A stretch of 61,114 nt of DNA, the filler included, from Barthelona sp. PAP020 (taxonomy: Eukaryota), in the NCBI GenBank assembly GCA_040182905.1. It is 9 parts of 9 records of this genome, joined end to end, with 100 filler letters (N's around TTAATTAATTAA, not from the genome) between each part and the next. Parts side by side here need not be neighbours in the genome. Positions count along the whole stretch, not along the records: positions 6,882 to 13,650 come from JARQWU010000532.1; positions 13,751 to 20,473 come from JARQWU010000534.1; 7 more parts are not named here. The stretch is one strand, 5' to 3'. A program made the translations under genes and the position numbers. The notes under the pieces are model-generated. The model made no database searches. It was not told where the DNA came from and was given only the letters and a program-made list of their open reading frames with translations. Of the stretch, positions 10,353 to 20,573 are shown piece by piece. The first letter of the stretch is position 1. Each line of letters starts with the position of its first letter.

Positions 10353-10465
10353 GTTGGCAAAAAAATATTTTATGAATTTCTTAAACCTTTCTCGTTGTCC
10401 CTTTCCCTTGCTCATTGGATGATCTGTTGATGGTTTCTAGATGAATAATAAAAAATGATTTGTAT

Positions 10466-13400
10466 TTACACAAGCGCTTTTGCTTCACCAACAACGTTAA
10501 CTTTGACTTTTTTTGAGGCTTTGATTAACTGATCTCCAATTTTAAGCTTCAAATTCAGGGTCAACAGGTGATTTCCAACCGATATGAATAACAACTGAAA
10601 TTCATTTTTCATATTGTTGTCATCCAAAATCAATTTATTGGATCCCATTATTATAAATCCTTCCGTTGTCGCACTGCTATTGTCAACAAAAACCTCGAAT
10701 GAAAATTTCTGCTCCTCCAATTCCTCGTGATTAAAGTGCTGAAATGTACGAACTGATAATTTCAAGTCATACGTCTGATTGACACTGCCGCTTATTTCAG
10801 GGTCAACGACAATTATTGGATTGCGGTTTTTGTATTGATTTTGAACCAGAGATTTTGTTTCACTCAATGAATACTCACCTCTGCGGTATAAATTTGGTAC
10901 AGACCACTTTAGAATTGTTGTATCCAGATTAACAGCAATCAAGAGAGATTCTTGATTTGATATCAGTTGTGGAAAACCACAATTGTCTGTAATTTCCGCT
11001 AAGAATCCAATTTTATTGTGAATCCAGTACAATCTGCAGTTATTTCGATCTTCACAATGCTCCAAATGCAATGTCTCCTCCTTTATTATGTCTATTGTGT
11101 ATCTAATCGAGGTCTTTCTGCAGAAGTTATCGTTTTCATCACAGGCAGACAATATATTCAGATCAACAACAGCAGGAACATCGCCAATGTTTGCCTTTGA
11201 CTTTACATGCAACTTAAACGTTATTAAAATGGTTTCTCCTGCATTCATGATCCGTTTTTTATTGTTTGCTGCAAATATTTCCCATCTTGTGCCCTTGTCC
11301 AACGCATTGGGAGTGCCAATCTCTTTGTAATCCAATGTAACAACATTAGACCCCACCTTTAACAAATTGCAGCTCACCAAAGTCGAATCAACCTTTTCCT
11401 TTGATGCAAAAGGGACAATATGATCAATATACAACTTATTGACCTCATTTATCGATTCATTTGTCAGCTGAATCGTGATATCACATATCTCTCCATGATG
11501 TAAAGACAACGTTGTGTTTGCGGGCAAACATCTCAACTGAGGATAACGAGGTAAAACCTTCAATTTAATACCTTCCATTGTACAACCATTAATTTGAAAT
11601 GGATAAACAACAGTGGCTCCATTGTCAACAGTCACCGGATATCGAATGGTAACTCCCCAAGTCTTCAATTCAACACCTCGAATAACTATTGTTTTGTTCT
11701 CATTGAGATGGGGAATATACGTCAACTTCACCATTGTTCGACCAGTCGCCTTCATTTTCCCATCCAATATGATTCCGTTCACTGGAATGACTGTGCAGTC
11801 ATCTGAGTTCTCAATCCACAATTTTATGTCATTGAGGAGCATTTCTTCATTGAGCCAATTGACAAGACACACATCAACAAATGCAGGCACACCAGCAATG
11901 ACACACCCTTCTGTTGCATTAGCATCAATCGACGCCTTTCCGCCATCATGCCAAATTCCGTCGTTTTTAACGCCAATATCAGTGACAAATTGGGTGATTT
12001 CAAAAGCAGAATCAAGCTGGTGATTTCGGAGATACCACGCCAATGGTAATAGCGAGTAAAAAGGTTTGTGATTGCATCGGGAAACCAATTTGTGAAATAA
12101 TACGCATCTTTCCTTGTCATCCTCGGCATGCATTTGTATATAATAATATGACAATCCCAATATACTCAAAGTCTTCCGTGGGTTCCCAAGAGTCACATTC
12201 CCACTAACGCTAACTCTTTGGGAATTTTGAATACAAAGATCTAAAATGGTCTTCATTGTCCCAATCCAAGGCATTGTGGTTGAACCCTTTCTCAACAGAT
12301 TTTCATCGAATGCGTCTCCATCAATGCCCAAATTTATGTGGGCTCCCCAACCGTCCAACAATGTCTTTTCCAACAAAGAAAGTGCATGAGAAGATCTCCA
12401 AACTTCAGTTGAATGTTTAGCAGCTCTCAAATTGTAGAAGCAACTTCTTCTTACTAAAGGCTTTGGAAACAACATGCAAATGCTGCCTGCTTCATGTAAC
12501 GTCGAAATGCAAACACCTGATTCAACATTTTGAGAATAATCAACAGCCAGGTCCAATAAATACAAAACAAGAAAATTTAAATTGACATGCGTCACATTTG
12601 TCCCAAATATCTCTTCAAATAAAATTTGACTGAACTTTTCCGGTCTTAAATAATCACTTTCATTTACTGTTGTTTTTGTGTTTATGGAATTGCCAAATTT
12701 GATCAAAACTCGACACGTACGTAAGAGCAAATCAATAGCCAGTATTTCAATATTCTTGATATATGACTTGAACGTCTTTTTGGCATTCTTTACAATGTAG
12801 AGCAAATCATCAAAGGTCACAGATAATCTTTGTTCGTTCAATTCCAAACAAAATATTGCCAATAAAGCCTCTTCAGTTTCAGCAAGAAAGACTGGATTCA
12901 AATCCTCTTTTCGAGATATTACTCTGTCTAACAAAGATCGTGCCATCACAAAATTTCCAACCATCATGTACAACTTAGCAACAGTAATTTGCGTCTGGAT
13001 ATTCCCTTCTTCTGGATGTAAATTGGTAATTCTCTGATCAACGTCATTCAATATTATATTTACCAATATCTTTGTTAATTCTTGTAATTTGGGATAAATT
13101 ACTGGCATCTTGTCCGAATCTAAGGTTGGGATGACAAATAGATTCTTGATATCACAACCAACATTCAAATTCACCTCATCTGGGCAAAAAGTCACCAAAA
13201 TACAAGAACCAGCCTGCAAGTGTTCGTTTTCTTTGATAAATTTGGAAAAAAGTATGTTAACAGCCTCCAAATCTTCCGCACATTTAACAATACAAATACC
13301 CATCAAGAATCTGATTGGTCGAAAACACATCCGCAAATCCCATTCTGATGGGTTTATCATTTGGTGTTTAAAATTTATTCGTAACTTCTTTGATTCAGAT

Positions 13401-13603
13401 GTATTATAGCTGATGTTCTTTAATTTTACATCATTGGAAATCATTAATACATTCTCATGCTCAAAAAACGTGTAAATTATGTCCAATAATGCTTTTTCCT
13501 TCTCACATTCTCCAAAATTCCGTATCAACACAGGAACCTGTCCAAAATCTGAAAACTCTTTCACAATAGGTATTCTTTCATCAACAATATCTTCCATAAA
13601 CAC
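10466..13603 (-). CDS. TRAPPC9: TRAPP II subunit TRAPPC9/Trs120-like
   Basis: About 1045 aa; N-terminal SEWD...RFLMGI and VAKLYMMVGN motifs resemble Trs120; helical then Ig-like beta domains. Start is ATG 13597, or an upstream exon was lost at the contig edge (TTGTAG just before 13603). Confidence 0.7.
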   Translation of the reverse strand: MFMEDIVDERIPIVKEFSDFGQVPVLIRNFGECEKEKALLDIIYTFFEHENVLMISNDVKLKNISYNTSESKKLRINFKHQMINPSEWDLRMCFRPIRFLMGICIVKCAEDLEAVNILFSKFIKENEHLQAGSCILVTFCPDEVNLNVGCDIKNLFVIPTLDSDKMPVIYPKLQELTKILVNIILNDVDQRITNLHPEEGNIQTQITVAKLYMMVGNFVMARSLLDRVISRKEDLNPVFLAETEEALLAIFCLELNEQRLSVTFDDLLYIVKNAKKTFKSYIKNIEILAIDLLLRTCRVLIKFGNSINTKTTVNESDYLRPEKFSQILFEEIFGTNVTHVNLNFLVLYLLDLAVDYSQNVESGVCISTLHEAGSICMLFPKPLVRRSCFYNLRAAKHSTEVWRSSHALSLLEKTLLDGWGAHINLGIDGDAFDENLLRKGSTTMPWIGTMKTILDLCIQNSQRVSVSGNVTLGNPRKTLSILGLSYYYIQMHAEDDKERCVLFHKLVSRCNHKPFYSLLPLAWYLRNHQLDSAFEITQFVTDIGVKNDGIWHDGGKASIDANATEGCVIAGVPAFVDVCLVNWLNEEMLLNDIKLWIENSDDCTVIPVNGIILDGKMKATGRTMVKLTYIPHLNENKTIVIRGVELKTWGVTIRYPVTVDNGATVVYPFQINGCTMEGIKLKVLPRYPQLRCLPANTTLSLHHGEICDITIQLTNESINEVNKLYIDHIVPFASKEKVDSTLVSCNLLKVGSNVVTLDYKEIGTPNALDKGTRWEIFAANNKKRIMNAGETILITFKLHVKSKANIGDVPAVVDLNILSACDENDNFCRKTSIRYTIDIIKEETLHLEHCEDRNNCRLYWIHNKIGFLAEITDNCGFPQLISNQESLLIAVNLDTTILKWSVPNLYRRGEYSLSETKSLVQNQYKNRNPIIVVDPEISGSVNQTYDLKLSVRTFQHFNHEELEEQKFSFEVFVDNSSATTEGFIIMGSNKLILDDNNMKNEFQLLFISVGNHLLTLNLKLKIGDQLIKASKKVKVNVVGEAKALV

Positions 13604-13750
13604 CTACAATGAAAAAACAAAAAAATATTCTTCCATAATTTTTATTCAAANNNNNNNNNNNNNNNNNNNNNNNNNNNNNNNNNNNNNNNNNNNNTTAATT
13701 AATTAANNNNNNNNNNNNNNNNNNNNNNNNNNNNNNNNNNNNNNNNNNNN

Positions 13751-13847
13751 AAAGATGGTCAAGAAACAACAAAATAAAGGAAGTGATATTTGATGACCTC
13801 TTTATATCTCCAATAAATTCCGTTCATTGAGCATGAACTTCCACATT
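13751..13847 (+). repeat. Dispersed repeat, module A
   Basis: About 97 nt, about 3 differences from 19186-19281; sits at a contig start. Confidence 0.9.
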
Positions 13848-13907
13848 AACGCTCAAAATTTATGATGAAAGATATACTATGTTATATGTGCGTGGAATTG
13901 TCAAATT

Positions 13908-14013
13908 TTGGTCCAGTTGTGAAACAACTATATTTATTTACAAAGAAAGTAAACTCAGAAAACTCATTCCAACAAATTTCAGTCAAAATCTCAGGAGGGG
14001 AATTGAGGGACTG
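13908..14013 (+). repeat. Dispersed repeat, module B/C
   Basis: TTGGTCCAGTTGTGAAACAACTATATTTATTTACAAAGAAA identical to 61018 onward; GGGGAATTGAGGGA (13997-14010) is the reverse complement of 27415-27428. Confidence 0.85.
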
Positions 14014-14457
14014 AAATATAATTTGAACGATCAAGTAGGAGAATTTCGGAGGAATTCTTCATTCCTATTTTTTTGTATTTTTGCAAAAGCAAAATTTTTA
14101 AAGTTTGAACTTTACCTTAGAAAATCTAAAGTTTTTCAACAGATCAATCGGGCCTCGAAAGCCTTTAACCAAATAAACACTATTCTTTTGTATTTACTTA
14201 TGCGCACAGTGCTTCTTTGCTTGGAAATAATTGCCCAAAGAGAAAGGAAAGAGAGCAAATAACCATTTTTGCCAATTTCAAACACACACAAGCGGCCACC
14301 ATCTTATTGTTTGTTAAATATATTCAATATTTGTGTTCAAATTTAAAACTAACCAATGAGATTTTCATTTTTTTTCTTTTTTTTTGAAGCAAATTTTCTC
14401 CATTTGCCTCAAGATTTTGAAAATCTAAACATTTTTCAATACAATAAAACAAAACAC

Positions 14458-14727
14458 TCAGTCACAGACCACAGGAGTTTCGCAAAAATTGTAAACTTGT
14501 GCTAATTTGCTATCATACCCTCCAACAGCAAAAAATCTTCCATCAGAACTGTAATCAAGAGCAAACACCTTAATATCAGGGAATGATTGCAAAAAATTAG
14601 GGCTATTTTCAAACTTTTCAGCAGCTTCCACATATCTTTCTTCTTTCAACCACATTTTTGTTGTTCTTTGGCAATTCTTTTGTAGTTTGTTTTCAGTTTT
14701 ATTTTCATTGCATCTTTCTGAATACAA
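14458..14727 (-). pseudogene. Truncated relic of the kinase-WD40 family
   Basis: KFENSPNFLQSFPDIKVFALDYSSDGRFFAVGGYDSKLAQVYN parallels KFEENPVFNDFFPDSSVYAIDYSSDGRFFAVAGRNSKLIRVYN of the 3315-5516 gene; stops after one blade and has no kinase domain. Confidence 0.75.
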
Positions 14728-15123
14728 TTTATTGTTGAAAATAGTGTAATTTGTGGATTTTTATCAGAAAAATATGTTTTTTGAAATGCTTTTTGCAATT
14801 CTTTCTCATCAAATGAAAATCATTGCAAATAACCATTATTTCAAATACTTTCTGTATTTACTCATTCTTATAAATCTGTCTGATAATTTGAGGAAGGGAA
14901 AGAAGCAAAAACAAAAAGAAAGAAGTATAAAAAAAAAGAGAAGAATTTGAAGGATAAAAAACAACACATTTTAAGGAAATTAATATTTATTTAAAAAACA
15001 AACAAACTTCTGCAAAAAAAGGTGAAAGAAAAAACTGGTCAACCAGTGTTCGATATCACTTTGTTTTCATCCATTATTTTTTTTCAGATTTATCATTGGT
15101 ATACACCATATCAATTGTTAATT

Positions 15124-15657
15124 ATGGATTACAACAACATGTCGAACGAAAATGCAGAAATCAGAGCAAGATCTAACCATGTCTTCCTTAATGTTTATGA
15201 TTTAATTTCTATTAATGCTTTTATTGATTGTTTAGGGATAGGTGTATATCATTCTGGTGTTGAAATATATGGCAAAGAGTACTGTTTTGGTGGAATATCA
15301 TCTGATCCTGATGCAATTGTTGGATTATCTGGTATATCTACCATTAATCCAATACATGGATGTCCTGTTCCTATACATCATGTGTTTGATATGGGACCAA
15401 CACATTTTACTGAAAAGGATATTGAAGGTTTGATTGAACAATTGGGTTCTGATTGGCAGGCAAATACATATGATATGCTTTCAAATAATTGTAATGATTT
15501 TTCAAAAGTTTTTGTTGAATTATTGACTGGAAAGCAAACACCTGCTTTCATTAATCGTGTTGCAAAATTGGGCGGGTTTTTAAGCAGGTTTATTTACAAA
15601 AAAGATGAGACAAATCCTCTGCTTGCTGATCCATCAACATCAATGGTTCAAATATAA
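15124..15657 (+). CDS. PPPDE/DeSI family deubiquitinase/desumoylase
   Basis: VFLNVYDL, GVYHSGVEIYGKEYCFG and YDMLSNNCNDFS (His/Cys dyad); first ATG at 15124. Confidence 0.92.
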   Translation: MDYNNMSNENAEIRARSNHVFLNVYDLISINAFIDCLGIGVYHSGVEIYGKEYCFGGISSDPDAIVGLSGISTINPIHGCPVPIHHVFDMGPTHFTEKDIEGLIEQLGSDWQANTYDMLSNNCNDFSKVFVELLTGKQTPAFINRVAKLGGFLSRFIYKKDETNPLLADPSTSMVQI

Positions 15658-15912
15658 TTAGTTTTTCACTTTAGTCTTAACAATTTCGTTATTGTTTTTC
15701 TTTTTTTTTTTTAATAGGTAAATAGATAATATTCAAGAGATTTTTCATATTTAAAAAAAAAAATACATCTGAAAGGCACAGTTTTGAGCAACAGGGTGAT
15801 GAACTCCAAGAAGCAAATAAGAACATTTTGTTTTATAGTTGATTGATTGTAATTAAAAAAGAGAAAAGATTTTTCATCAAAAAGAAAGATAAATCAATTT
15901 TTTTATTTCAAC

Positions 15913-16836
15913 CTAAAAATCAACATGACAACTCAATGATTTGGACGATTTTATCAAAAATTCCAAAATATCCCTGCATGTTAATACGGAATACAGTTGA
16001 TGATGATCAAATATCCATAGATGATGTGTGTGAGTGATCGTTAGTTTTTCAATTAAAGTATTTAGAGTATCACTACGTAGAGAAGTGATAATTGGTGCAA
16101 TAGTATCTGTCTTAACAGATCTATTTGCGGAAACCATGGAAAGTGCATCCCCTAACAATTTATGGGGATCATTTAAAAAAGGAATTACAATGTCAGATAA
16201 AGAGAAATTTGTCAATGGAACATTTTCTTCAGAAAGCAATAAACAAGCTGAAATATCGTATCTTTCCAATGAACGAAGAACATCTATCACGGGAATTTCA
16301 CAAGATAAAGTTAAAGGTACCTTAACTTTAATTATTTTAAATATTTCATCTGTTGTTGTTGATAAATTTTGGATGAGATTATTTTGATAAATGTATTTTA
16401 ACATTAAATATGGTGTTAATACACACTTTATCTCACCACTTGAACTTTTAACCACAATATGTCGTAAATTAGTCAAAATTCTTAGGACATTAAAGATGGA
16501 AACATTGTCTTCAAAAATTTTTGTGTTATTTTTTTCTGTATGATGAAGATCAATAAATTTGTAAGCATCTAATTTTGATAAAACATTCTCAAAATCGGAT
16601 GGTGAACCAAAACATGAATCTGGCATTTCACCATCCAGCCATTTAATCAAATATCCAATAAAATCCATTAAATCAATAATTTTTTGATGTGTACTTAAGT
16701 AAACAAAATGTCCATCTGGACATTCAATCATTCTTTGCAGAATTGTGACCAATGAGTCATTTGCATTAACTTCAATCAAATTAGTGGGAAAATCCAAATC
16801 TTTTAAAGTTTTTGTACAAACGTCTGGAGATAACAT
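15913..16836 (-). CDS. CBS-domain protein (AMPK gamma/SDS23-like)
   Basis: 307 aa with tandem CBS-like units (IIDLMDFI, NFSLSDIV, HHLWIFD...VLTCRDILEFL). Confidence 0.7.
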   Translation of the reverse strand: MLSPDVCTKTLKDLDFPTNLIEVNANDSLVTILQRMIECPDGHFVYLSTHQKIIDLMDFIGYLIKWLDGEMPDSCFGSPSDFENVLSKLDAYKFIDLHHTEKNNTKIFEDNVSIFNVLRILTNLRHIVVKSSSGEIKCVLTPYLMLKYIYQNNLIQNLSTTTDEIFKIIKVKVPLTLSCEIPVIDVLRSLERYDISACLLLSEENVPLTNFSLSDIVIPFLNDPHKLLGDALSMVSANRSVKTDTIAPIITSLRSDTLNTLIEKLTITHTHHLWIFDHHQLYSVLTCRDILEFLIKSSKSLSCHVDF

Positions 16837-17179
16837 TATTCATAAAAAAGAAATTTACTGTAAATTTACAATCAAAGTGAAAAAAAACAGGAAAAAGTTC
16901 TCAATCACTTGTCAACAAATAAATTTGAAACACTATAAATGTTGTATTTTTTCTTAAAATATGTTGAAAAGAAAGAAAACAATTGTGAATCAATAGGAAA
17001 ATAAAAATTTTGCAATTTTGTTTACTAAACTTAATTAACTCGAAAATATAAATAATTTGTACACGAAAAACATATAAAAATGGAAGGCTAAATAATTCAA
17101 TAAAAAAATTTCTTCTAACAGATTCATTAGCACTTGATTTACTTTTCAACAATGATATAATTTAATTTTCTCAATTGAA

Positions 17180-18784
17180 ATGGACAATTTTAATGAATAT
17201 GAGTTTGTATCAACATTTTCTGATAGTTTTTCACATGTTGCATCAAAGTCTCCAGTAATTCGCCAAAAAATGAAATTTGAAAGTATTTATAGTCAATATC
17301 CCTTTATTATTAGTTTAAATAAAAAGTGGGAGAATCATATATTACGATTTATTTCAAATATTTTTTCGAAATGCTCTAATGATCATACAATATATTTTTT
17401 TAATGGCACAAATCAACAACTATACATGGAATGTATAAATATTATGGAAAAGAAGAACCTTAACTTGAATAGTAATCTTTTTGAGAAAACCATTATAATT
17501 TGTGTAATAACTGCTTTTTTGATGAAACTGAATCATTTTTATTCTCTTAATACTGTTTCGAAGGTCTTTAATACAAATGAAGAGCTTATAATGGTATTAA
17601 GTGAATTTTTCGCACAATTATTATCGCAGTCCAAATGCATATTGTTGGATGAAGGATTTGATATTTATCCAACAATATTTGATGAAGATATGATTGATTC
17701 TTTGAATTCTTCATTCTGCAAATATATTACTTTTTCAAACAATGAAATTGTCACTTTTTGGAGAAGCATGTTTCAAAGAAAGCAAATAAATTATTTTTTT
17801 GTCGAACTGCTTGATATCATAAATAAGCCTAAGGCTGTTGACAGTCCTAATTCGACTTTTGCCACTTTTACTCAGTCTGATGATGAAAAGGATGATTTTG
17901 CTTTGTTATTTTCAAATGGTACCATTTCAACATCATCTTTTAATTCCACACCTGTTGAAAGTTTATCTTTTTCACAAGAATCAGACAATGAGTACACTAG
18001 TGATTTATTTTTTGATGATGACAACAGTTCTTTTTTTAAATCTTCCAGACAAGAAATGTTTTTATCTCATTTATTTGAGATTATTGTCAATTTCGACTTT
18101 TTTTCATTCGATCACGTTTATGGAAGAGAGTTAGCCAGATTTTGTTGGTATATTGTTGAAATATGTGTTATTGACAAAGTCAATGAACGTCGAATTGTGA
18201 AAGATAATTCAATTGTTTTGTTGGATGAAAAGTTTGATCATATTGTTTCCTTTTTTTACAAATTTTTGGGAAATGTTGATGCAAAAAAGTTAAATTTTTC
18301 GGAATTTATTGTAAAAGAATACAAAAGAAACAACTTAAATGTTATCTTACACATGTCCAGATGTTTTGCCAGACAAAGATTTATTGGTGATGAAAATATT
18401 GGAAATGAGAACTTTTTAAGCCTATTCTATGAATACTATCTAATTCAGCAATTTTTAAGACAAAAGCTGAACATTGACAAGCCATCAATTGGTTTTTATA
18501 ATCCGTTTAATGAAAAATTTGATGTTGATTTGAAAATGCCCCTAAATATTCAGACTTCAAAAGATATAAATGTAGATATTAGAAAATCACAAATTAAAAA
18601 TGCTGTTCTTTTTGCAAGAAACATTCAAAATAATGGTTTTAATCAAACACATTTAAAACCAATCGAGAATAAGATTCTTACTCTTCTTATTGAAGGTTTT
18701 CCTCCTTCATTAATTTGTTCAATGACTAGTTATGATATCAACACATCTTATCTTTCCAAAAGAAAAACAAAATCTCGAATTTAA
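17180..18784 (+). CDS. Hypothetical protein (534 aa)
   Basis: Long ATG-TAA ORF in AT-rich DNA; central Ser/Asp-rich linker; family not recognised. Confidence 0.75.
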   Translation: MDNFNEYEFVSTFSDSFSHVASKSPVIRQKMKFESIYSQYPFIISLNKKWENHILRFISNIFSKCSNDHTIYFFNGTNQQLYMECINIMEKKNLNLNSNLFEKTIIICVITAFLMKLNHFYSLNTVSKVFNTNEELIMVLSEFFAQLLSQSKCILLDEGFDIYPTIFDEDMIDSLNSSFCKYITFSNNEIVTFWRSMFQRKQINYFFVELLDIINKPKAVDSPNSTFATFTQSDDEKDDFALLFSNGTISTSSFNSTPVESLSFSQESDNEYTSDLFFDDDNSSFFKSSRQEMFLSHLFEIIVNFDFFSFDHVYGRELARFCWYIVEICVIDKVNERRIVKDNSIVLLDEKFDHIVSFFYKFLGNVDAKKLNFSEFIVKEYKRNNLNVILHMSRCFARQRFIGDENIGNENFLSLFYEYYLIQQFLRQKLNIDKPSIGFYNPFNEKFDVDLKMPLNIQTSKDINVDIRKSQIKNAVLFARNIQNNGFNQTHLKPIENKILTLLIEGFPPSLICSMTSYDINTSYLSKRKTKSRI

Positions 18785-18864
18785 ACTTTTAATTTTGGTT
18801 TCCTTTTTTAAAACATGTAAATAGTGTATATTATTCTTTTTTTTTTTCAATTCAAGTTAGACAA

Positions 18865-18875
18865 AGACTCGATCC
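18865..18875 (-). promoter_or_regulatory. Extra B-box-like motif GGATCGAGTCT downstream of tRNA-Ser(AGA)
   Basis: 28 nt after the tRNA end; identical 11-mer to the two Ile-tRNA copies. Confidence 0.7.
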
Positions 18876-18903
18876 TCTTTCCTTGTGTTTAAAGAGGGAA
18901 AAT

Positions 18904-18987
18904 CGGTGTCAAGGAGATTCGAACTCCTGCGCCCGCAAGGGCATATGATTTCTAATCATACGTCTTAACCAACTCGACCATGACACC
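18904..18987 (-). tRNA. tRNA-Ser (anticodon AGA)
   Basis: Acceptor GGTGTCA/TGACACC+G, anticodon stem TATGA/TCATA with loop TT-AGA-AA, long variable arm GCCC-TTGC-GGGC, T arm AGGAG-TTCGAAT-CTCCT, ATTTT after the end. Confidence 0.96.
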
Positions 18988-19185
18988 ATGAAAAATGAGG
19001 GGAAAACACTCCTGTTGTGAAACAAGGAGCTTTGGCGAAAAGGAAACAATCAAACAATGGTCTTTCTCTTTATTGGATATTTATGAGGTATGAGTTGTTC
19101 AGTGAACAACGAAACGAGTTAGCTTAAGGTTTGAGAAAAAATTCACGTGGATTCAGATGCCCAAGTAACTTAAAAAATTGAACCT

Positions 19186-19281
19186 AAAGGTGGTCAAGAA
19201 ACAAAAAATAAAGGAAGTGATATTTGATGATCTCTTTATATCTCCAATAAATTCCGTTCATTGAGCATGAACTTCCACATT
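19186..19281 (+). repeat. Dispersed repeat, module A, upstream of tRNA-Ser
   Basis: Near-identical direct repeat of 13751-13847. Confidence 0.9.
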
Positions 19282-19875
19282 TTTAAGTTTTTAAATAACA
19301 AAAAAAAAGCATGTTTGTAATTTAATTTTGTGTATTCTTTGAAAAATATCAAAAGATCTTTTATTTCAAAAAAAAATTTCAAATCTTCATACGCTTTCAA
19401 ACAAATGCGTTTCTTTTACAAAGAAGAAGGGTAACCTAAAATGAACTTTCGATAAATTTCAACCCAAAGAAATGGGTCACTAAAAGTCAATATTAAAGAT
19501 CTGACATGAATATTTGAAAAAAATTCAATTCTCTTTTATTCTTTTCGAAATCCAAAATGTTTCAAGGTTTAATATATCAATTGGGCCTCAAATGGCCAAA
19601 ATCAAATTCACTACAGTGATCTTTTGGATGGAAATAAAAGCTTTCACAATCTTTAATAATAAATACAAACAAAGTTATTGGGCTGGAATTACACAAGAAA
19701 GAAGTCGGATTTCTTTTGAAATATTCAAACTGTAAATTTCAAAAACCTTGAAAATTTCAATAAAAAATAAGAGAAGAGCATTTATGACAAAATTTTTCAA
19801 TAGATGAATGAACATACAATATATATCAACAAAAAACAATTTTTTTTTTTTTAAAAGAAGAAACCTGGATAAAAT

Positions 19876-20331
19876 TCATTCATTAACCGCCCAATTCCAA
19901 TTATCCATTTCCAACATTGAAGAAGGATTTTCAGCATTATTTAAACAAAGAAATTCTTTGATTTCAGTAGCATTAAAATCTTTCATTTTCTCAACAATTT
20001 CTTCAACACAAGCGTCTAACAATGGTCTATATTTAAGAAAATCTACAGCATTACATAAATCAAATAAAAATTCCTTTTCAACATTGAAAAAGTCTTTTAT
20101 GAATGAATTATATTTCTCGGAAGAATTATCTTCTTCCATTGACAAGAAATCCACAAATTTAATAATTTTATTCAATACTTCAGTTGAAATATTGTTTAAT
20201 TGCAAAGGTTCCTCCATTCTGTCATTGGAAATTGATTTAAGAGTGTCAAATCTTTTTTTTAAAAAGGGAATATCATTATAGTATTTTTTCGAAATTGTCA
20301 CAATTTCATTATTTGAAGTTAAGACATTCAT
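19876..20331 (-). CDS. Skp1 family protein (divergent)
   Basis: LTSNNE, PLQLNNISTEVLNKIIKF, LFDLCNAVDFLKYRPLLDACVEEIVEKMK...EIKEFL match the Skp1 POZ and dimerisation domains; ATG at 20331. Confidence 0.85.
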   Translation of the reverse strand: MNVLTSNNEIVTISKKYYNDIPFLKKRFDTLKSISNDRMEEPLQLNNISTEVLNKIIKFVDFLSMEEDNSSEKYNSFIKDFFNVEKEFLFDLCNAVDFLKYRPLLDACVEEIVEKMKDFNATEIKEFLCLNNAENPSSMLEMDNWNWAVNE

Positions 20332-20391
20332 AAATGCAATAAAAAATATAAAAATTGAAGTTTTAATCACAATTTTTTTTTTTTTTTAAGT

Positions 20392-20473
20392 ATGACACAA
20401 TCAAAAATTTTGTGTGTTGTATTGATAACATTAATATGTAATCAATGAAAATTTGCAAAAGTACTAATTTTTA
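20392..20473 (+). CDS. 5' fragment of a secretory-pathway protein (exon 1 plus intron, cut by contig end)
   Basis: ATG exon MTQSKILCVVLITLI (signal-peptide-like), then GTAATC...ACTAATTTTTA at the contig edge; one more G would make a 37-nt intron. Confidence 0.55.
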
Positions 20474-20573
20474 NNNNNNNNNNNNNNNNNNNNNNNNNNN
20501 NNNNNNNNNNNNNNNNNTTAATTAATTAANNNNNNNNNNNNNNNNNNNNNNNNNNNNNNNNNNNNNNNNNNNN

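Noticed and set aside
10155..10415. Apparent frameshift or split genes at VPS35, RUVBL1, CK1 and the DSP gene
   Set aside because: All are explained by short GT-AG introns with ACTAAY branch sites.
13879..14262. 127-aa ORF as a transposase or real gene
   Set aside because: It overlaps repeat module B, whose copy at 61018 has indels; no recognisable domain.
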